Below are positions 49,196-59,893 of a stretch of 64,000 nucleotides of DNA, piece by piece; positions within the stretch are counted from its first letter, which is position 1; every line of letters starts with the position of its first letter. The notes beneath the pieces are model-generated. The model was not told the DNA's origin. It saw only the letters and a program-made list of their open reading frames with translations, and ran no database searches. The translations under genes were made by a program, and so were the position numbers. The stretch lies in the sequence record DRR378314_409; one strand, given 5' to 3'.

Positions 49196-50163
49196 TGGCC
49201 GTTGGCTTCTGAGATCTTGGCGGCGGTTAATTTGAGTTCCTGCAAGAAAACCTCAGCGGCTGGTGAGAGCCCGCCATCCCGGCGATAGGAAACACCAACA
49301 GCACTTAAAGACTGTTGAATGGGGCTTTTAATTTCTACCAAAGTGCCACTTCGAAGTTCATCCTCGATAACATGGTGGGGCATCATACAGAGCATATCAC
49401 TCAACCGAATGAGTTCCCGGTTGGTCAGAAATGAAACTGACTCCACAGCGTTTTCCGGTGGCGTATAGCCATTATCCAAAAACTCTTTTTCAAGTTGACG
49501 GCGAAGCGTTGTGTCGTTGGGCGGGAGGATCCATCCGAATAGTTTTAAGTCATCAAAGCTTGCCTGCCCCTTGTGGTTGGCAAGTGGATGGCCGGGCCGG
49601 GCAACGACGCAGAAATCTTCCTTTAACAGCCGTTCTTGAGAAATATGTTTACGATGTCGATATTCGGTGAGGCGTCCAAGAACGAGATCTACATCTCCGG
49701 TCTGCAGGGCAGGCATCAGAATATCGTTTGTGCCTTCACGAATAACAATACTGACATTTGGTCTGGCTTCATGCACTCGGGCGATTGTTTCTGGAAGTAA
49801 CTTGGCAGAAGCCGCTAACAGGGTTCCAATAACAACTCGTCCTCCCAACCCCTCATTTAGGTTGTCCAGCTCCTGCGCTGCGTTAGAAATTTGCGTCAGG
49901 ATCAATTTACCATGTCGAACAAGCGCTTCCCCATAAGAGGTGGGAAGGGCACCACGGTTTGTTCTGTCAAACAACGTAACTCCAAAATCCGCCTCCAGAT
50001 CTTTGATAAGCTTGGTTGCTGCGGGTTGGGAAATGTTGAGTTCCTTGGCTGCATGCAGGATGCTGGAATGTTCCGCGACAGAGACAAGTAATCGTAACTG
50101 CTTGAGTTTCAGACGTGTAGAAACACGCTCGGCAATTTTAATATGTCTGTTCCGGTCGATCAT
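49192..50163 (-). CDS. LysR family regulator (PcaQ/GbpR-like)
   Basis: RLKLKQLRLL..AAKELNISQPAATK HTH, WILPP..T.LR. Confidence 0.93.
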   Translation of the reverse strand: MIDRNRHIKIAERVSTRLKLKQLRLLVSVAEHSSILHAAKELNISQPAATKLIKDLEADFGVTLFDRTNRGALPTSYGEALVRHGKLILTQISNAAQELDNLNEGLGGRVVIGTLLAASAKLLPETIARVHEARPNVSIVIREGTNDILMPALQTGDVDLVLGRLTEYRHRKHISQERLLKEDFCVVARPGHPLANHKGQASFDDLKLFGWILPPNDTTLRRQLEKEFLDNGYTPPENAVESVSFLTNRELIRLSDMLCMMPHHVIEDELRSGTLVEIKSPIQQSLSAVGVSYRRDGGLSPAAEVFLQELKLTAAKISEANGH

Positions 50164-50169
50164 GAGTTT

Positions 50170-50190
50170 GTTATTGCATTTTGGAATACC
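50170..50190 (+). promoter_or_regulatory. Putative LysR operator, copy 2
   Basis: GTTAT-TGCATTTTGGA-ATACC, 6 bp from the LysR start, oriented toward the dioxygenase gene. Confidence 0.65.
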
Positions 50191-50271
50191 TAATTCTAGT
50201 TAATTCAGTTGAACCACTATCTGGATCAGATTAGCCTCTATGGGATAATAGACAAGATTGCAGGGATACTG

Positions 50272-50835
50272 ATGCCATTACATCCAAGATTTGCTCCATT
50301 TAATTTCGCGAAATGGGTGGAAGATAATCAGGAGAAATTGAAGCCACCTGTGGGAAATCAGCTGCTTCATCATGACAGCGGCATGATTGTCATGGTGGTT
50401 GGCGGGCCAAACACACGGGTAGATTTTCATGATGATCCGGTAGAAGAGTGGTTCTACCAGATCAAGGGCGACATGATGCTGAAAATCTATGAGGATGGGG
50501 AGATTTATGATGTTCCTATTTTGGAAGGTGAAGTCTTTATGATGCCCGCCCATACAATTCATGCGCCTCAACGCCCGCAGGAAGGTTCCGTTGGGATTGT
50601 GGTTGAAGCTCCGCGCATGACCCACATGAAAGAAGGGTTTGAGTGGTTCTGCTTCGGATGTAATCGAAGATTACACAGAGCCGAAGTATCCCTAATGGAT
50701 TCAAGTGCGATTGTGACCGAACTTCCAAAGGTTTATGAAGCGTTCCATGCGGATATGAACGCGAGAACCTGTCCAGATTGTGGGGAAGTTCATCCGGGCA
50801 AGGGGAAGCCACCAGAAGGTTGGGTTGTTCTATAA
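50272..50835 (+). CDS. nbaC: 3-hydroxyanthranilate 3,4-dioxygenase
   Basis: LKPPVGN, VGGPNTRVDFHDDPVEEWFYQ, HAPQRP, rubredoxin-like CFGC and CPDC. Confidence 0.92.
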   Translation: MPLHPRFAPFNFAKWVEDNQEKLKPPVGNQLLHHDSGMIVMVVGGPNTRVDFHDDPVEEWFYQIKGDMMLKIYEDGEIYDVPILEGEVFMMPAHTIHAPQRPQEGSVGIVVEAPRMTHMKEGFEWFCFGCNRRLHRAEVSLMDSSAIVTELPKVYEAFHADMNARTCPDCGEVHPGKGKPPEGWVVL

Positions 50836-50844
50836 TAGAGCTGA

Positions 50845-51855
<1,011 letters not shown>

Positions 51856-51882
51856 TCATCTCCCGAGGGAGTATGCCGAATT

Positions 51883-51916
51883 AAGCCGCCGAAAATCTGG
51901 GTATTTGAGGCGGCTT
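51883..51916 (+). other. Intercistronic hairpin after the SBP gene
   Basis: AAGCCGCC / GGCGGCTT inverted repeat; likely mRNA-stabilising element or partial terminator. Confidence 0.5.
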
Positions 51917-51951
51917 GATTTTGTCTGTGAAGGCGGGTTTAGTAGTATCTT

Positions 51952-52509
51952 ATGTTAAGTCTCTTGCAAAAATTGTCCGGCCATATTTTGAGCGTTGAGA
52001 AAATTGTCATGATTTTCCTCGCAGCTTTGGTGACGGGCCTCATTCTTTTGAATGTTGTGACAAGGTCTATGGACTACGCGCTCTACTGGGTCGATGAACT
52101 GGCGATCTACTCCATGATCTGGATGGTTATGATCGGGGCCTCTATGATTGTGAGGCTTCGTAAGGGGATTTCGGTGACCATTGTAGAGGAGTTTCTCTCC
52201 CTCAATCAACAAAGTGCACTTTCGCTTATCGTCGATTTGGGCATTCTGCTTTTTGCTGCATTTTTGATCTGGTTGAACTTTCTCTGGTACGATCCGATCA
52301 CTTTGATTTCTGTTGGGTTTGACCTTCAGGCCTTTTCCGAAGATAGCTTTAATTTTATTTATGAAGAACCGACCAATACCTTGGGTATTCCTAAATTCTG
52401 GATCTGGCTCATTATGCCTATTATCGCTGTGACGATGACCTTGCATGCGCTGGTTAATTTTCTGGAACGCCTGTTGGGTAGGCCTTCAGCTGCACCGGAG
52501 TTGATCTGA
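51952..52509 (+). CDS. TRAP small permease DctQ
   Basis: NVVTR..YWVDELA, four TM segments. Confidence 0.92.
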   Translation: MLSLLQKLSGHILSVEKIVMIFLAALVTGLILLNVVTRSMDYALYWVDELAIYSMIWMVMIGASMIVRLRKGISVTIVEEFLSLNQQSALSLIVDLGILLFAAFLIWLNFLWYDPITLISVGFDLQAFSEDSFNFIYEEPTNTLGIPKFWIWLIMPIIAVTMTLHALVNFLERLLGRPSAAPELI

Positions 52510-52511
52510 CC

Positions 52512-53774
52512 ATGGTAGCTGTCGTTTTTTTCGTTATCTTAATGATGGGATTTCCCATCGCATTGGTCCTGGCTGTCTCAGCTCTGTTTTATATCTTCTA
52601 CTCAGATCAGGCAGTCCTGCTGCAGTCTTATGTGCAGCAGTTGTTTTCAGGTGTACAGAGTTATGGGCTGCTTGCTGTTCCGCTTTTCATGCTGGCGGGG
52701 GAGTTGATGAACGAAGGCGGTTTAACCCGGCGCCTCATTGATTTTGCCAGTGTGTTTATCGGTCGTGTCCGGGGTGGCCTGGCTTATATCAATTTAATCG
52801 TCAACATGATGATGGCGTCTATTATCGGTTCGGCGGCCGCACAGATTGCGATCATGTCCCGGGCCATGGTGCCGGAGATGGAGAGCAAGGGGTATGATCG
52901 GTCCTTTGCAGCGGCAACCACCGCTGCGGGTGGTTTGTTATCTCCGATTATTCCGCCCTCAATGTTATTTGTAATTTATGGGGTGCTCGCCCAGATTGCC
53001 ATCGGTGATATGTTTATCGCGGGTATTTTCCCGGGGCTATTAATGTCATTTGGATTTTTCGTCGCGATCGCTTTTTTGGGACGGAAATATGAATATCCCG
53101 TGGGTGAGAAGAAGACGAGAAAAGAGATCAAGACATCTCTTGTGATGGGGCTGCCAACCTTGTTAATCCCGGTAGTGATCGTCGGGGGTATTTTGGCAGG
53201 TTTTACCACCCCAACTGAATCTGCTGCTGTGGCCTCTGTCGTCGCATTTATACTTGGGAAGTTCTTCTATAAAGAACTAAAGAAAGAACAGATCCCGGGT
53301 GTTCTGTTAAGGACGGCGCTGAATACCTCCATTGTTGTGTTCATTGTGGCAACCGCCAACCTGTTTGGCTGGATCATCATATATGAACAGGTTCCCCAGA
53401 ACCTGGCAGCACAGCTGGTTGAGATTACGACGAATCCTTTGGTATTCCTTCTTATTGTCAATCTGGCCTTGTTGTTTGTTGGCATGATCCTGGACGGGAT
53501 TGCGGCGCTTATTTTGGTTGTTCCTATTCTGTTGCCAATTGCACAGGATAACTATGGGATTGATCCCTACCACTTTGGGGTCGTGGTCTGCCTAAATCTG
53601 GTCCTGGGACTTTTAACACCGCCTGTGGGGGCCGGACTTTTTGTGACAACTGCCATGACCGGCGTTAAGCCAGGCGCACTTTTCAAAGCCTTGGTTCCGT
53701 TTCTGGTGACAACGGTTCTCGTGCTTCTACTGATCAGCTGGCAGCCGCAAATTGTGACTTTTCTGATCCAATAG
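52512..53774 (+). CDS. TRAP large permease DctM
   Basis: AVPLFMLAGELM, PIIPPS, TPTES, TPPVG. Confidence 0.94.
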   Translation: MVAVVFFVILMMGFPIALVLAVSALFYIFYSDQAVLLQSYVQQLFSGVQSYGLLAVPLFMLAGELMNEGGLTRRLIDFASVFIGRVRGGLAYINLIVNMMMASIIGSAAAQIAIMSRAMVPEMESKGYDRSFAAATTAAGGLLSPIIPPSMLFVIYGVLAQIAIGDMFIAGIFPGLLMSFGFFVAIAFLGRKYEYPVGEKKTRKEIKTSLVMGLPTLLIPVVIVGGILAGFTTPTESAAVASVVAFILGKFFYKELKKEQIPGVLLRTALNTSIVVFIVATANLFGWIIIYEQVPQNLAAQLVEITTNPLVFLLIVNLALLFVGMILDGIAALILVVPILLPIAQDNYGIDPYHFGVVVCLNLVLGLLTPPVGAGLFVTTAMTGVKPGALFKALVPFLVTTVLVLLLISWQPQIVTFLIQ

Positions 53775-53889
53775 GCGGGGTTTTTGATCGACCTATAAAG
53801 GCGAATTGCCTCTGTTCATTCTGCTTCCTTCTGACTAGGATACGGCCAATAGAAGATAAGGGTCTACCTATAAAATGATTGAGGGAATA

Positions 53890-55536
53890 ATGCAGAAAAC
53901 GGGCGGTCAGTTAATTGTAGAATGTCTTGAGACGCAAGGTGTGGACCGGATTTTTTGTGTGCCGGGGGAAAGCTATCTTGCGGTTCTGGACGCCCTCCAT
54001 GATAGCCCGATCGAGACGGTTCTCGCCCGCCAGGAAGGCGGAGCAGCGATGATGGCGGAAGCCGATGGCAAGCTGACGGGCCGCCCCGGCATTTGTATGG
54101 TAACGCGGGGACCAGGTGCGACCAACGCCTCTTCGGGTGTACATGTTGCAAAGCAGGATTCTACACCGATGATCCTGCTGGTTGGCCAAATTGGCCGCCG
54201 AATGAAAGGGCGGGAGGCTTTTCAGGAAGTTGACTATCGTCAGACATTTGGAGATTTGGCAAAATGGGTCACAGAAATTGACCATGCTGACCGAATTCCA
54301 GAGGTTTTAGCCCATGCATTCTACGTGGCAATGAGCGGACGTCCGGGTCCAGTTGTTATCGCACTGCCAGAAGATATGCTCTGTGACATCTGCGAAGTTG
54401 ATGTTGGCCCTCGGGTAGAGGTGCCAGAGCCGGCCCCAACGGATGAAGCCATAGGTGCGTTCGGCCACATGTTATCATCTGCGAAGTCTCCTTTTCTGCT
54501 GTTGGGCGGAAGCCGCTGGACCGAAGCGGCCGTTAAAAATGTTCATAAATTTGCCGAAGCCTGGGGGCTGCCGGTAGGCTGTTCCTTCCGCCGTCAGCAG
54601 CTATTTGATCATCTTCATCCTAATTATGCAGGTGATGTCGGGCTTGGCATAAATCCGTCGTTGAAAGACCGGATCGCGGCGAGCGATTTGGTTATTCTGC
54701 TTGGTGCGCGTTTCAGTGAAAACCCAAGTCAGGGGTTTAGTCTGTTTGATATTCCAAAACCCAAACAGTCGATTGTGCAAATCCACCCTGGTGCTGAGGA
54801 AATTGGCCGTATTTATACGCCTGACCTTGCGATGAATGCGACCCCGGGCACGTTCTTAAATAAGGTTCTTCAGCTTGAGCCCGCGCCGTTCGAAGGATTG
54901 GCCGGAGCTGCCCATGAGGCCTATTGTGAGTGGACAGATAATCTTCCCGCCACGCCGGGTGACGCAGAAATGGGTCCCATCATGCAGCAGCTTCGGGAGC
55001 GGTTACCTGGTGCGGTCATTGCTAACGGGGCAGGTAATTACGCCATTTGGGTGCATCGGTTTTGGCGGTTTCGGCAATTCGGATCCCAGCTTGCTGCGAC
55101 TTCCGGGTCAATGGGGTATGGCCTGCCTGCTGCAGTGGCCGGTGCTTTGCGCCAACCACAGAAACCATTGATCTGTTTCGCTGGTGATGGCTGTTTTCAA
55201 ATGACCATGCAGGAGTTCGGAACGGCACTACAGTCAGGTGCAAATTTTTTGACAATTCTGGTGGATAATGGGGCTTACGGGACCATCCGTATGCATCAGG
55301 AGCGGGATTATCCCGACCGGATCAGTGCGACGGAGCTTCAAAATCCTGATTTTGCAGCTATAGCCAAGGCCTATGGCGCTCACGCTGAGACGGTTGCTAA
55401 AACTGAGGAATTTGCGGGCGCTCTTGATCGGGCACTGGCAAGTGGAAAAGCGGCCCTTATTCATATTAAGACGGATCCGGAAGCGATTACGCCGGCAATT
55501 ACCCTGACTAACCTTCGAGGAAGTGGAACGAAATAA
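53890..55536 (+). CDS. Thiamine pyrophosphate-dependent enzyme (acetolactate synthase-like)
   Basis: FCVPGESY, RQEGGA, TRGPGATN, GSMGYG, GDG...DN TPP motif. Confidence 0.92.
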   Translation: MQKTGGQLIVECLETQGVDRIFCVPGESYLAVLDALHDSPIETVLARQEGGAAMMAEADGKLTGRPGICMVTRGPGATNASSGVHVAKQDSTPMILLVGQIGRRMKGREAFQEVDYRQTFGDLAKWVTEIDHADRIPEVLAHAFYVAMSGRPGPVVIALPEDMLCDICEVDVGPRVEVPEPAPTDEAIGAFGHMLSSAKSPFLLLGGSRWTEAAVKNVHKFAEAWGLPVGCSFRRQQLFDHLHPNYAGDVGLGINPSLKDRIAASDLVILLGARFSENPSQGFSLFDIPKPKQSIVQIHPGAEEIGRIYTPDLAMNATPGTFLNKVLQLEPAPFEGLAGAAHEAYCEWTDNLPATPGDAEMGPIMQQLRERLPGAVIANGAGNYAIWVHRFWRFRQFGSQLAATSGSMGYGLPAAVAGALRQPQKPLICFAGDGCFQMTMQEFGTALQSGANFLTILVDNGAYGTIRMHQERDYPDRISATELQNPDFAAIAKAYGAHAETVAKTEEFAGALDRALASGKAALIHIKTDPEAITPAITLTNLRGSGTK

Positions 55537-55566
55537 CCCTTTCAGACCTGTATGGTTTTCTGTGTT

Positions 55567-55598
55567 AAATGCCGGCTTCGTAAGTCGGCATTTTTTTT
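55567..55598 (+). terminator. Intrinsic terminator
   Basis: AAATGCCGGCTT / AAGTCGGCATTT stem plus 8-T tract. Confidence 0.9.
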
Positions 55599-55603
55599 GG
55601 GAA

Positions 55604-55639
55604 TTGACATGCGATAGAAATTGTCTAACGTTAGTTAGA
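55604..55639 (+). promoter_or_regulatory. Promoter and TetR operator-like palindrome
   Basis: TTGACA 55604-55609; TCTAAC-GTTA-GTTAGA inverted repeat (55624-55639) over the -10 region. Confidence 0.65.
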
Positions 55640-55660
55640 ATTAGTGAGGTGTATGAGCCA

Positions 55661-56260
55661 ATGAGCGATAAGAAGTCGATTGCTGAAAAATCTCGATCCC
55701 GGATTCTAGACCAGGCCGCCCGACTGTTTCGCCAAAAGGGATATGCGGCAGTATCTTTGCGCGGTATTGCCGATGCGGCCGGCATGAAGGCAGGAAGCGT
55801 CTATTATCATTTCAACAGCAAGGATGACATTGTCCTTGAAGTTCTGAACCTGGGGATCAGCAAAGTCCATCAGTCTGTTGAGGCGATATATGAGGATGGC
55901 AAGGATACAAATACTCCCGCTGAACTTATCCAGAATAGTATTGCAGCACATTTGAAAGCGTTGCTGTCGCATTCAGATTATACCTCTGCCAACGTGCGAA
56001 TTTACGGACAGGTGCCGGAAGCAATTCAAAAGCAAGCCTTGGAAGTGCGTAAAGGTTATGAGGGGCTATGGGACCAATTGCTGAATAAATTGGCCACTGA
56101 GAACGCGCTTCGTACCGATGTGGATCTGAAGTTTTTCCGGCTGGCTTTAATCGGCTCTCTGAATGCAACGCTGGAGTGGTTCGACCCTGAAAAAGGGGAT
56201 GTGGATGATTTGGCTGACGTCTATGGCCGAATTTTACTGAACGGAATAATGAGAGACTAA
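55661..56260 (+). CDS. TetR family regulator
   Basis: ILDQAARLFRQKGY, IADAAGMKAGSVYYHFNSKDD; real start lies downstream of the terminator and promoter. Confidence 0.93.
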   Translation: MSDKKSIAEKSRSRILDQAARLFRQKGYAAVSLRGIADAAGMKAGSVYYHFNSKDDIVLEVLNLGISKVHQSVEAIYEDGKDTNTPAELIQNSIAAHLKALLSHSDYTSANVRIYGQVPEAIQKQALEVRKGYEGLWDQLLNKLATENALRTDVDLKFFRLALIGSLNATLEWFDPEKGDVDDLADVYGRILLNGIMRD

Positions 56261-56261
56261 A

Positions 56262-57863
56262 ATGGTTGTGATGCAAAGCGCGATTGATCCGGACTCAGAT
56301 CAATTTAAGGAGAATCAGACCTATTTCGACGGATTGCTCGATCTTTGGCGAGAGAGAATGCTGCAAGCAATGTCCAGTGGTCGTGAAAATTTGAAGGAGC
56401 GACATCGGGAGCGTGACAAGCTTATTGTACGAGAAAGAATTGACCGACTTGTTGATCCGGGCACCGCTTTCCTGGAGCTTTCCCCGCTCGCCGCATGGGG
56501 GCAGTATGGGGGTGACCTAGCCGCTGCGGGAATAGTCACCGGAATTGGTTGGGTGTCAGGAACGCCATGTGTCCTGATTGCAAATGATGCGACTGTAAAA
56601 GGCGGCTCTTTCTTTGCAGAAACGGTCAAGAAACATATCCGAGCGCAGGAGATCGCAGAAAAACACCGTCTGCCATGCCTTTATTTGGTCGATTGCGGAG
56701 GTGCCTATCTGCCCGAACAGGATCGGGTTTTTCCGGATCGCGACCATTTTGGCAATACATTCTACCGACAATGCCAGTTATCGGCTCAAGGTATACCCCA
56801 GCTTTCAATTGTCTTTGGAGGATGTACGGCTGGTGGGGCTTACATTCCGGCTCTTTCAGATCAGGTGATCATGGTTGAAGGGAATGCCCGAATTCATCTG
56901 GGCGGGCCGTCTATTGTGAAGGTTGCCATCAACGAAGATGTGGACGGAGAAACCCTTGGAGGCGCGCGGATGCACACGGAAGTCTCCGGAGTTAGTGACC
57001 ATCTGGCTGCAACAGAAGAGGAAGGGCTCGCCAGACTTCGTGACATCGTTGCAAAGCTGAATATGGAACGGAAAAGTCGGCCTGCCAAAGCGGTTGTTCA
57101 GGATCCACATTATAGCGGCGAGGAACTCACCGGAATTGTCAGTCATGATCGTAAGATCCCATATGATATTCGGGAGATTATGATCCGCCTTGTTGACGGA
57201 AGTGACATTCAGGAATTTAAGCCTGACTGGGGAAGCAGCCTTGTTTGTGGGTTTGCCGAAATTTACGGAATGCCGGTTGGAATTTTGGGAAACAATGGAG
57301 CCCTTTTTTCGGAAAGCTCTTTGAAAGGCGCTCAGTTTATCCAGCTTTGTGATCAGCGAAATATACCATTGCTTTTCCTGCACAATATCACTGGGTTCAT
57401 GGTTGGTACGGAGGCTGAACGGGGGGGGATTGCCAAAAACTCCGCGAAGATGGTTTATGCCATGTCGGTTGCCCGCGTTCCCAGAATCTCTCTAATCGTT
57501 GGGGGATCCTATGGCGCAGGTAACTATGGTATGTGTGGCCGCGGCTTTAGACCTGATTTTCTCTTTGCCTGGCCGACGGCTGAAGTGGCAACCATGTCTG
57601 CCGATATTGCCGCGAACGTGATGCTTGAGCTTAGGCGCGGAAAACATGGTAGTGCTGCAGCAACGCCTGAAGAGCTGGATAAGATCGAACAGACAGTCCG
57701 CCAGCAATATGAGGAACAAAGCGATCCTTATTATGCCACCTCACGCCTTTGGGATGATGGGATCATAGCACCGGCGCAAACACGGACGGTTCTTGCTCTT
57801 TGTTTGGACCTTATCAGGAGCACGCCGACAGTTGATCAGTTTTCACCAGTTTATAGGATGTAG
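56262..57863 (+). CDS. Acyl-CoA carboxylase carboxyltransferase subunit (MccB/AtuC-like)
   Basis: ANDATVKGG, DCGGAYLP, CTAGGAY, NITGFMVG, SYGAGNYGMCGR. Confidence 0.93.
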   Translation: MVVMQSAIDPDSDQFKENQTYFDGLLDLWRERMLQAMSSGRENLKERHRERDKLIVRERIDRLVDPGTAFLELSPLAAWGQYGGDLAAAGIVTGIGWVSGTPCVLIANDATVKGGSFFAETVKKHIRAQEIAEKHRLPCLYLVDCGGAYLPEQDRVFPDRDHFGNTFYRQCQLSAQGIPQLSIVFGGCTAGGAYIPALSDQVIMVEGNARIHLGGPSIVKVAINEDVDGETLGGARMHTEVSGVSDHLAATEEEGLARLRDIVAKLNMERKSRPAKAVVQDPHYSGEELTGIVSHDRKIPYDIREIMIRLVDGSDIQEFKPDWGSSLVCGFAEIYGMPVGILGNNGALFSESSLKGAQFIQLCDQRNIPLLFLHNITGFMVGTEAERGGIAKNSAKMVYAMSVARVPRISLIVGGSYGAGNYGMCGRGFRPDFLFAWPTAEVATMSADIAANVMLELRRGKHGSAAATPEELDKIEQTVRQQYEEQSDPYYATSRLWDDGIIAPAQTRTVLALCLDLIRSTPTVDQFSPVYRM

Positions 57864-57874
57864 GAGTGACACAT

Positions 57875-59878
57875 ATGTTTTCACGTGTACTTATCGCCAA
57901 TCGCGGTGAGATCGCCTGCCGGATCATGCAGGCTTGCCGTAAACTGGATATCGAAACAGTTGCCATTTATTCGGATGCCGATCGATCCGCTCTTTTTGTA
58001 GAGGACGCTGATATTACTGTTCCTTTGGGGGGCGGTGATGCTTCTTCTACTTACCTGAATGTTGATAAAATCATTGCGGCAGCAAAAAAATGTAAGGTAG
58101 ACGCCATTCACCCCGGATATGGGTTTCTGTCTGAAAATGCTTCATTTGCAGAAGCTGTTGAAGATGCGGGATTGGTATTTATCGGTCCCAAATCTCAAGT
58201 TATTCAATTGATGGGATCAAAAATCGCTGCCAAAACCAAAGCCGCTCAAGTCGGCGTTCCCATTGTTCCAGGATATCAATCAGATGATCAATCGGACAAG
58301 AGCTTACACGACGCGGCTAAAGGCATCGGTTTTCCGATCCTGATTAAAGCCAGTGCAGGCGGCGGTGGTCGGGGGATGCGTCTGGTTCAAAAGATTGAAG
58401 ATTTTGCAGGCGAGCTCAGTCTGGCTCGGCAGGAAGCAGAAGTCTCATTCGGAGATCCTGCAATTTTGCTGGAGCGCTATGTGGAGGCTGCCCGCCATAT
58501 TGAGGTTCAAATATTGGGCGATCAGCATGGAAACATCCTGCATCTCTTTGAGCGGGACTGTTCTTTGCAGCGGAATAATCAGAAAGTCGTTGAGGAAGCG
58601 CCAGCACCAAATTTACCTATGGCTATAAGAACTGAAATGCTCTCTGCTGCAGTACAGTTAGCTGAGGCGGTTCAATATCAAAATGCCGGAACAGTTGAGT
58701 TTATTTACGATCCAAACCGGCAGGAATTTTATTTTCTGGAAATGAATACCCGCCTTCAGGTCGAGCATCCGGTCACAGAGTTGGTAACGGGTATCGACAT
58801 TGTTGAATGGCAAATTCGCATCGCTGCAGGGCAAGAAATTTCATTTCAGCAAACAGATGTTTCACTGAACGGATGGGCAATCGAGGCACGATTGGCTGCG
58901 GAAAACCCAGCGGAAGATTATATGCCACAAACCGGCCTGATCAAGCGATATCGGGCGCCGGCAGGGCAGGGTATCCGGATCGATACTGGCATTCAGGAAG
59001 GCAGCGAAGTCACCCACCATTATGACAGCATGCTGGCGAAATTGATTGTTCATGCAGAAACCAGAGAGACTGCTATTCGCAAGTTGGATAAAGCGCTCCA
59101 TAAATTTGAGATCGAAGGATTTGAAAGCAACTTAAAATTCCTCTCCGATTTGATCCAGTTGCCAGCATTTAGCAACGGTACGCATACCACCCATCAGATT
59201 GAAACCGAGTATCCAGAGGGCTGGATAGTCAAAGAATTGGATCCCTCAATTCTGGGATTAGCAGTGTTGTGTTTTCATCAGCATAGATTGCAGTCCGCCC
59301 CTATCTGTCCATGGACAGATTTGGGAAGTTGGCGACTAACCGATGAAATAGGGGCCGGGGGTATATCTTTCTATTATTTGATGGGGCAAGACGGCGTTGC
59401 ATCCGGCTTTCAGATTGAAAACCTGAAGGCCCAGTATTCGGTGCGGCAAGGGGCTGATGAAATAGTCGCGGGCAAGATTTTGAAGGCTGGCCCTGGTACT
59501 CTCACTCTGGAGATGAGAGATCACCGCCACACCCTCACATACGAAGTTGTGGGCGAAACCGTCCATCTACAGTTCCAAGACCGAAGCTATGGATTTCAGT
59601 TTTGTTCTATGGAGACGCATTTGCTGGCCGGAACCAAGAACGCGGCCAAAGATAGCAATCAAATTATGGCCCCTATGCCAGGCTTAATTGTGGAGGTTCT
59701 GGTGCAGTCTGGTGACTTAGTTCAAGCAGGGCAGACTGTTATCGTTTTGGAAGCTATGAAATTGATGCAAAAGCTGACAGCGCCGATAAGTGGGGTGGTG
59801 GACACAATACCAATCCAACCGGGAGATACGCCACAAAAAGGGAAACTGTTGCTTTCTATTGAACCGGTTGATGGCTGA
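57875..59878 (+). CDS. Acyl-CoA carboxylase biotin carboxylase/biotin carrier subunit (MccA/AtuF-like)
   Basis: IANRGEIA, HPGYGFLSEN, EMNTRLQVEHPVTE, EAMK biotinylation site. Confidence 0.95.
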   Translation: MFSRVLIANRGEIACRIMQACRKLDIETVAIYSDADRSALFVEDADITVPLGGGDASSTYLNVDKIIAAAKKCKVDAIHPGYGFLSENASFAEAVEDAGLVFIGPKSQVIQLMGSKIAAKTKAAQVGVPIVPGYQSDDQSDKSLHDAAKGIGFPILIKASAGGGGRGMRLVQKIEDFAGELSLARQEAEVSFGDPAILLERYVEAARHIEVQILGDQHGNILHLFERDCSLQRNNQKVVEEAPAPNLPMAIRTEMLSAAVQLAEAVQYQNAGTVEFIYDPNRQEFYFLEMNTRLQVEHPVTELVTGIDIVEWQIRIAAGQEISFQQTDVSLNGWAIEARLAAENPAEDYMPQTGLIKRYRAPAGQGIRIDTGIQEGSEVTHHYDSMLAKLIVHAETRETAIRKLDKALHKFEIEGFESNLKFLSDLIQLPAFSNGTHTTHQIETEYPEGWIVKELDPSILGLAVLCFHQHRLQSAPICPWTDLGSWRLTDEIGAGGISFYYLMGQDGVASGFQIENLKAQYSVRQGADEIVAGKILKAGPGTLTLEMRDHRHTLTYEVVGETVHLQFQDRSYGFQFCSMETHLLAGTKNAAKDSNQIMAPMPGLIVEVLVQSGDLVQAGQTVIVLEAMKLMQKLTAPISGVVDTIPIQPGDTPQKGKLLLSIEPVDG

Positions 59879-59893
59879 TAAGGGAAATGAAGA

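Noticed and set aside
48401-50835. nadX plus 3-HAO as a de novo NAD biosynthesis operon
   Set aside because: No nadA, nadC or kyn genes in the window; linkage to TRAP and LysR points to catabolism, though a quinolinate supply role is not excluded
55523-55660. Extended start of the TetR ORF
   Set aside because: It spans an intrinsic terminator and the promoter; the HTH domain begins after ATG 55661
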